Assembly: GCF_030013595.1 (NCBI RefSeq)
Contig: NZ_CP122768.1
Length of the DNA: 64,000 nt
Direction: 5' to 3' (one strand)
DNA from: Escherichia coli
GTDB lineage: Bacteria; Pseudomonadota; Gammaproteobacteria; Enterobacterales; Enterobacteriaceae
Position 1 is the stretch's first letter. Every line of letters starts with the position of its first letter. The position numbers were made by a program, and so were the translations under genes. The notes beneath the pieces are model-generated. The model was given only the letters and a program-made list of their open reading frames with translations. It searched no databases and was not told the DNA's origin. Positions 59,498 through 64,000 of the stretch are shown piece after piece.

Positions 59498-61339
59498 TTA
59501 ATCGTCCAGGAAGCTACGCAGCACTTCAGAACGGCTCGGGTGACGCAGTTTGCGCAGCGCCTTCGCTTCGATCTGACGGATACGTTCGCGGGTAACGTCG
59601 AACTGTTTACCCACTTCTTCCAGCGTGTGGTCGGTGTTCATATCGATACCGAAGCGCATACGCAGAACTTTCGCTTCACGCGCGGTCAGGCCAGCCAGCA
59701 CGTCGTGCGTTGCCGCACGCAGGCTTTCGGTGGTCGCAGAATCCAGCGGCAGCTCGAGGGTGGTATCCTCGATGAAATCCCCCAGATGCGAATCTTCATC
59801 ATCACCGATCGGCGTTTCCATGGAGATTGGCTCTTTGGCGATCTTCAGCACTTTGCGGATCTTATCTTCCGGCATAAGCATACGTTCAGCCAGTTCTTCC
59901 GGCGTCGGCTCGCGGCCCATCTCTTGCAGCATCTGGCGAGAAATACGGTTGAGCTTGTTGATAGTCTCAATCATATGCACCGGAATTCGGATGGTGCGCG
60001 CCTGATCCGCGATAGAGCGGGTGATCGCCTGACGGATCCACCAGGTTGCGTAGGTGGAGAACTTGTAACCACGGCGGTATTCGAATTTATCAACCGCTTT
60101 CATCAGGCCGATGTTACCTTCCTGAATCAGGTCAAGGAACTGCAAGCCACGGTTGGTGTATTTCTTGGCGATAGAAATAACCAGACGTAAGTTCGCTTCA
60201 ACCATCTCTTTCTTCGCACGGCGGGCTTTCGCTTCACCGATGGACATACGACGGTTGATATCTTTAACCTGCTCGATGGTCAGGCCCGTTTCTTCTTCAA
60301 TCTGCTGCAGTTTCTGCAGGGCGCGATGCACTTCTTCAGAGACATCGTGCAGTTTTTCCGACCACGGCTTGTTCATCGCAATTGCCGCGTTGAACCAGGT
60401 ATCGCTGGTTTCGTTGCCGGTAAACAGGGTAATGAAGTTTTTCTTCGGCATTTTGCACTGCTCAACGCAGAGCTTCATGATCAGACGTTCTTGCGTACGA
60501 ACGCGGTCCATCATGACGCGCATGCTGTTGACCAGGTAGTCAAACTGCTTCGGCACCAGGCGGAACTGTTTGAATACTTCAGACAGTTTCAGGATCTCTT
60601 CCTGAGCGGCAGCGTGACTGCGACCTTTCGCTTTGATGGTGTCACGCGTTACAACGTACTGAGCGCGCAGTTCCGCAAATTTTTCACGAGCCAGTTCCGG
60701 GTCGATGCTGTTGTCATCATCGGCGCTGTCGTCATCGCCATCTTCTTCGTCTTCATCTTCGTCATCGTCCAGATCTTCCTGGGAAAGCTCAGAACCGACG
60801 TGAGTGGCGGTAGGTGCCAGATCTTCTTCTGCGTTCGGGTCAACAAAGCCGGTGATCAGATCGGACAGACGCGCTTCTTCTGCTTCAACACGATCGTACT
60901 GTTCCAGCAGATAGGTGATCGCTTCCGGATATTCAGCAACGGAGCATTGAACCTGGTTGATCCCGTCTTCAATACGCTTAGCGATGTCAATTTCGCCTTC
61001 GCGGGTCAACAGTTCAACGGTGCCCATTTCACGCATGTACATGCGTACCGGGTCAGTCGTGCGCCCGATTTCAGATTCCACGCTGGAAAGCACCTGCGCG
61101 GCGGCTTCGGCAGCATCTTCGTCCGCGGTGTTTTCAGCCAGCATCAGATCATCGGCATCCGGTGCTTCTTCCATCACCTGAATGCCCATGTCGTTGATCA
61201 TTTGGATGATGTCTTCGATCTGATCTGAATCGACGATATCTTCCGGCAGATGGTCATTGACCTCGGCATAGGTCAGATAGCCTTGCTCCTTACCACGGGT
61301 GACAAGAAGTTTCAGCTGTGACTGCGGGTTTTGCTCCAT
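59498..61339 (-). CDS. rpoD: RNA polymerase sigma-70 RpoD
   Basis: 613-aa ORF with the acidic region 1.1/NCR and conserved regions 2-4. Confidence 0.97.
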   Translation of the reverse strand: MEQNPQSQLKLLVTRGKEQGYLTYAEVNDHLPEDIVDSDQIEDIIQMINDMGIQVMEEAPDADDLMLAENTADEDAAEAAAQVLSSVESEIGRTTDPVRMYMREMGTVELLTREGEIDIAKRIEDGINQVQCSVAEYPEAITYLLEQYDRVEAEEARLSDLITGFVDPNAEEDLAPTATHVGSELSQEDLDDDEDEDEEDGDDDSADDDNSIDPELAREKFAELRAQYVVTRDTIKAKGRSHAAAQEEILKLSEVFKQFRLVPKQFDYLVNSMRVMMDRVRTQERLIMKLCVEQCKMPKKNFITLFTGNETSDTWFNAAIAMNKPWSEKLHDVSEEVHRALQKLQQIEEETGLTIEQVKDINRRMSIGEAKARRAKKEMVEANLRLVISIAKKYTNRGLQFLDLIQEGNIGLMKAVDKFEYRRGYKFSTYATWWIRQAITRSIADQARTIRIPVHMIETINKLNRISRQMLQEMGREPTPEELAERMLMPEDKIRKVLKIAKEPISMETPIGDDEDSHLGDFIEDTTLELPLDSATTESLRAATHDVLAGLTAREAKVLRMRFGIDMNTDHTLEEVGKQFDVTRERIRQIEAKALRKLRHPSRSEVLRSFLDD

Positions 61340-61533
61340 AAGACGGTATCCACACTTATTTCATGAGGTTGGTGTTGGGCGATTGACCCGATGTCCTTCA
61401 GCCGTTAACGCTGAAATCCAACGGTTGTTTACCGCCAACGATAATTACGAGGGCGTACTTATATATTTGCCGCTGCCTCTCAGTGCGGCTGTCGGGGGCT
61501 TCCCGATCGCTCTTCGGCACTTAAGCCGTTAAA

Positions 61534-63279
61534 TCACTTTTTCGCCAGCTCCTGGTTTAATGTCCAGAGCTCCAGGCGTTCTTCGTTGCTTAAACCATGC
61601 GTGCGCTCACGAGCGATTAACTCTTCCTGGCGCAGTTCAAGCAGCGAATCAAACATATGGTTGAGTGAGTCGGTGAAGGTTTGCTCAGCAATATTCTTAT
61701 CTGCTATATCGTCCCACATCGACAGTTTTTCAAGGGTGGCAGCATTATTTGTACCACGATAGTGCTCTAAAAGTTGCCCGGTGGTCAGACCTGGCTGGGA
61801 GAGACAAGTGTTGACCAGTTCTCTGAATAAGCCAAGTCCAGGGAGCTTATTTTCATCCAGATTCTCAAGCGGCGGGACCAACGTCGCTAATTCTGGATTT
61901 TGCACCAGCAACCCTATAAGTATACGCATGGTCGTGCGTTTTAGCTGCGGAACAGGGCGAGAAACGCCGCTCTCTGCCGCTTTTGGCATTAATCGTTCAA
62001 GCTGGCTGTCATCAAGTATGCCTAATTTGTTGCCTAATTCCTGACGAAGATATATTCGCAGCGTTTCGCCCGGCACTTGCGATATCAATGGCAGTGCCAG
62101 CGTACTCAAACGTGCGCGCCCGTCAGGGGTACTCAGATCAACTTGCGGCATCAGACTGTTAAACAGAAATGCGGAGAGTGGCATCGCCTGCTCCATCCGC
62201 GCTTCAAACGCTTCTTTACCTTCTTTTCGTACCAGCGTGTCAGGGTCTTCGCCATCCGGCAAAAACATAAAGCGTAGCTGACGACCGTCTGTCATGTAAG
62301 GCAGCGCCGTTTCCAGCGCTCGCCAGGCGGCATCGCGGCCTGCACGGTCGCCGTCATAACAGCAAATGACATTGTTGGTCGCGCGGAACAACAGTTGTAT
62401 GTGATCGGCGGTGGTTGACGTACCTAACGACGCAACGGCGTAATTAATGCCGTATTGCGCCAGCGCCACCACGTCCATATAGCCTTCGACCACAAGCAGA
62501 CGATTGGGTTCAGCGTTATCCTGCTGCGCTTCATAAAGACCGTAAAGCTGGCGGCCTTTATGGAAAATGTCCGTTTCCGGCGAGTTCAGGTATTTGGGGG
62601 TATCGTTGCCCAGCACACGCCCGCCAAAACCAATCACCCGACCGCGTTTATCACGAATGGGGAACATCACCCGCTCGCGGAAACGGTCGTAACTGCGCCC
62701 CTGATCGTTAGTGACCAACATCCCCGCATCAATCAATGACTGGCGATTTTCTGGATTGCCGCCAAACCGCTTCAGGACGTTGTCCCAGCCGGGGGGCGCA
62801 AAACCAATCGCAAAGCGGGCGATAACCTCGTGGCTTAATCCGCGTTTTTCCAGATACTGGCGCGCAGACGTGGCAACAGGTTGTTGTAAAGATTGTTGGT
62901 AAAACGTATTCAGACCGTCCATCAACTGATAAAGCGTTTGCCGCTGATGGCGCTCGATCTGGCTGGGGCCGCTGCCTGCTTCAAATGGCACTTCAAGATT
63001 GTGCATTGCTGCCAGCTCTTCGACCGTTTCGACGAACTCTAGCTTGTCGTAGTTCATCAGGAAGTCGATCGCGTTGCCGTGCGCGCCACATCCAAAGCAG
63101 TGGTAAAACTGTTTCTCACCGTTAACGGTGAATGACGGGGTTTTCTCGTTGTGGAATGGACAACACGCGTGGAAATTCTTGCCCTGCTTTTTCAGCTTTA
63201 CACGGGCATCGATCAGATCGACGATGTCAGTGCGTGCCAGCAGATCATTAATGAATACGCGTGGGATTCGTCCAGCCAT
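61534..63279 (-). CDS. dnaG: DNA primase DnaG
   Basis: 581-aa ORF with zinc ribbon CPFHNEKTPSF, a toprim domain and a DnaB-binding C-terminus. Confidence 0.97.
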   Translation of the reverse strand: MAGRIPRVFINDLLARTDIVDLIDARVKLKKQGKNFHACCPFHNEKTPSFTVNGEKQFYHCFGCGAHGNAIDFLMNYDKLEFVETVEELAAMHNLEVPFEAGSGPSQIERHQRQTLYQLMDGLNTFYQQSLQQPVATSARQYLEKRGLSHEVIARFAIGFAPPGWDNVLKRFGGNPENRQSLIDAGMLVTNDQGRSYDRFRERVMFPIRDKRGRVIGFGGRVLGNDTPKYLNSPETDIFHKGRQLYGLYEAQQDNAEPNRLLVVEGYMDVVALAQYGINYAVASLGTSTTADHIQLLFRATNNVICCYDGDRAGRDAAWRALETALPYMTDGRQLRFMFLPDGEDPDTLVRKEGKEAFEARMEQAMPLSAFLFNSLMPQVDLSTPDGRARLSTLALPLISQVPGETLRIYLRQELGNKLGILDDSQLERLMPKAAESGVSRPVPQLKRTTMRILIGLLVQNPELATLVPPLENLDENKLPGLGLFRELVNTCLSQPGLTTGQLLEHYRGTNNAATLEKLSMWDDIADKNIAEQTFTDSLNHMFDSLLELRQEELIARERTHGLSNEERLELWTLNQELAKK

Positions 63280-63389
63280 AGGCCCCGATTTTTAGCAATT
63301 CATAAACGAAAATAAGCCGCGCATTCCTTTCGGAAGCACGGCCTTACAACTACAACTCGGTCTGATCGGAGAGCAACGCTCTCGGGGAA

Positions 63390-63644
<255 letters not shown>

Positions 63645-63824
63645 TCAACGCCAGCTTATTTCAAAATGGTGCGGAATTTTACTGCAATTGCTGCTGCTTT
63701 GTAAAGCACCGCGGCCTTTTTTGAAAGGGACTTTTATAAGGGTGAGGAGTATACACGAGGCTTTCTCCAGGGGCGAACAAAGTTTTACATCAACCCGCAT
63801 TGGTCCTACACTGCGCGGTAATAA

Positions 63825-64000
<176 letters not shown>

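Overview
This window is an Escherichia coli chromosomal segment in reverse orientation relative to K-12 (about 3.2 Mb region). The gene order was identified by reading the translated ORFs. In order: tdcC(3' end)-tdcDEFG, cyuP/cyuA (yhaO/yhaM), an IS3-family element resembling IS1397 inserted into a REP palindrome, yhaL-yhaK-yhaJ-yhaI-yhaH, yqjG-yqjF-yqjK-yqjE-yqjD-yqjC-mzrA-yqjA, exuR-exuT / uxaC-uxaA, ygjV, sstT, alx with its Mn2+/pH riboswitch leader, ygjR-ygjQ-ygjP, rlmG, fadH, ygjK-ygjJ-ygjI, ebgC-ebgA-ebgR, ygjH, patA, aer, yqjI(nfeR)/yqjH(nfeF), tRNA-Ile2 (ileX), mug, rpoD-dnaG-rpsU, and the start of tsaD. Two segments are not explained by the conserved backbone. The first is a roughly 2.1 kb insert between fadH and ygjK whose only long ORF (452 aa, minus strand) consists of three diverged tandem paralogous modules read through without stop codons. 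I do not recognise the family. The second is a roughly 8.3 kb P4/PICI-like integrative element at ileX (about 50.4-58.7 kb). It carries an integrase, an AlpA regulator, an Icd-like gene, a split toprim primase / DUF927-type helicase replication module, and a downstream iteron plus AT-rich origin. It also carries an AT-rich 292-aa orphan gene in the int-proximal cargo position, which is a candidate defence or abortive-infection gene. Further observations: an apparent frameshift in yhaH, a GC-rich hairpin-dense non-coding block between alx and sstT, absence of the K-12 higBA pair at the rlmG-fadH junction (from memory of K-12), and several operator/terminator/REP elements. All product calls rest on recognition of translated ORFs. 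No database search was possible.
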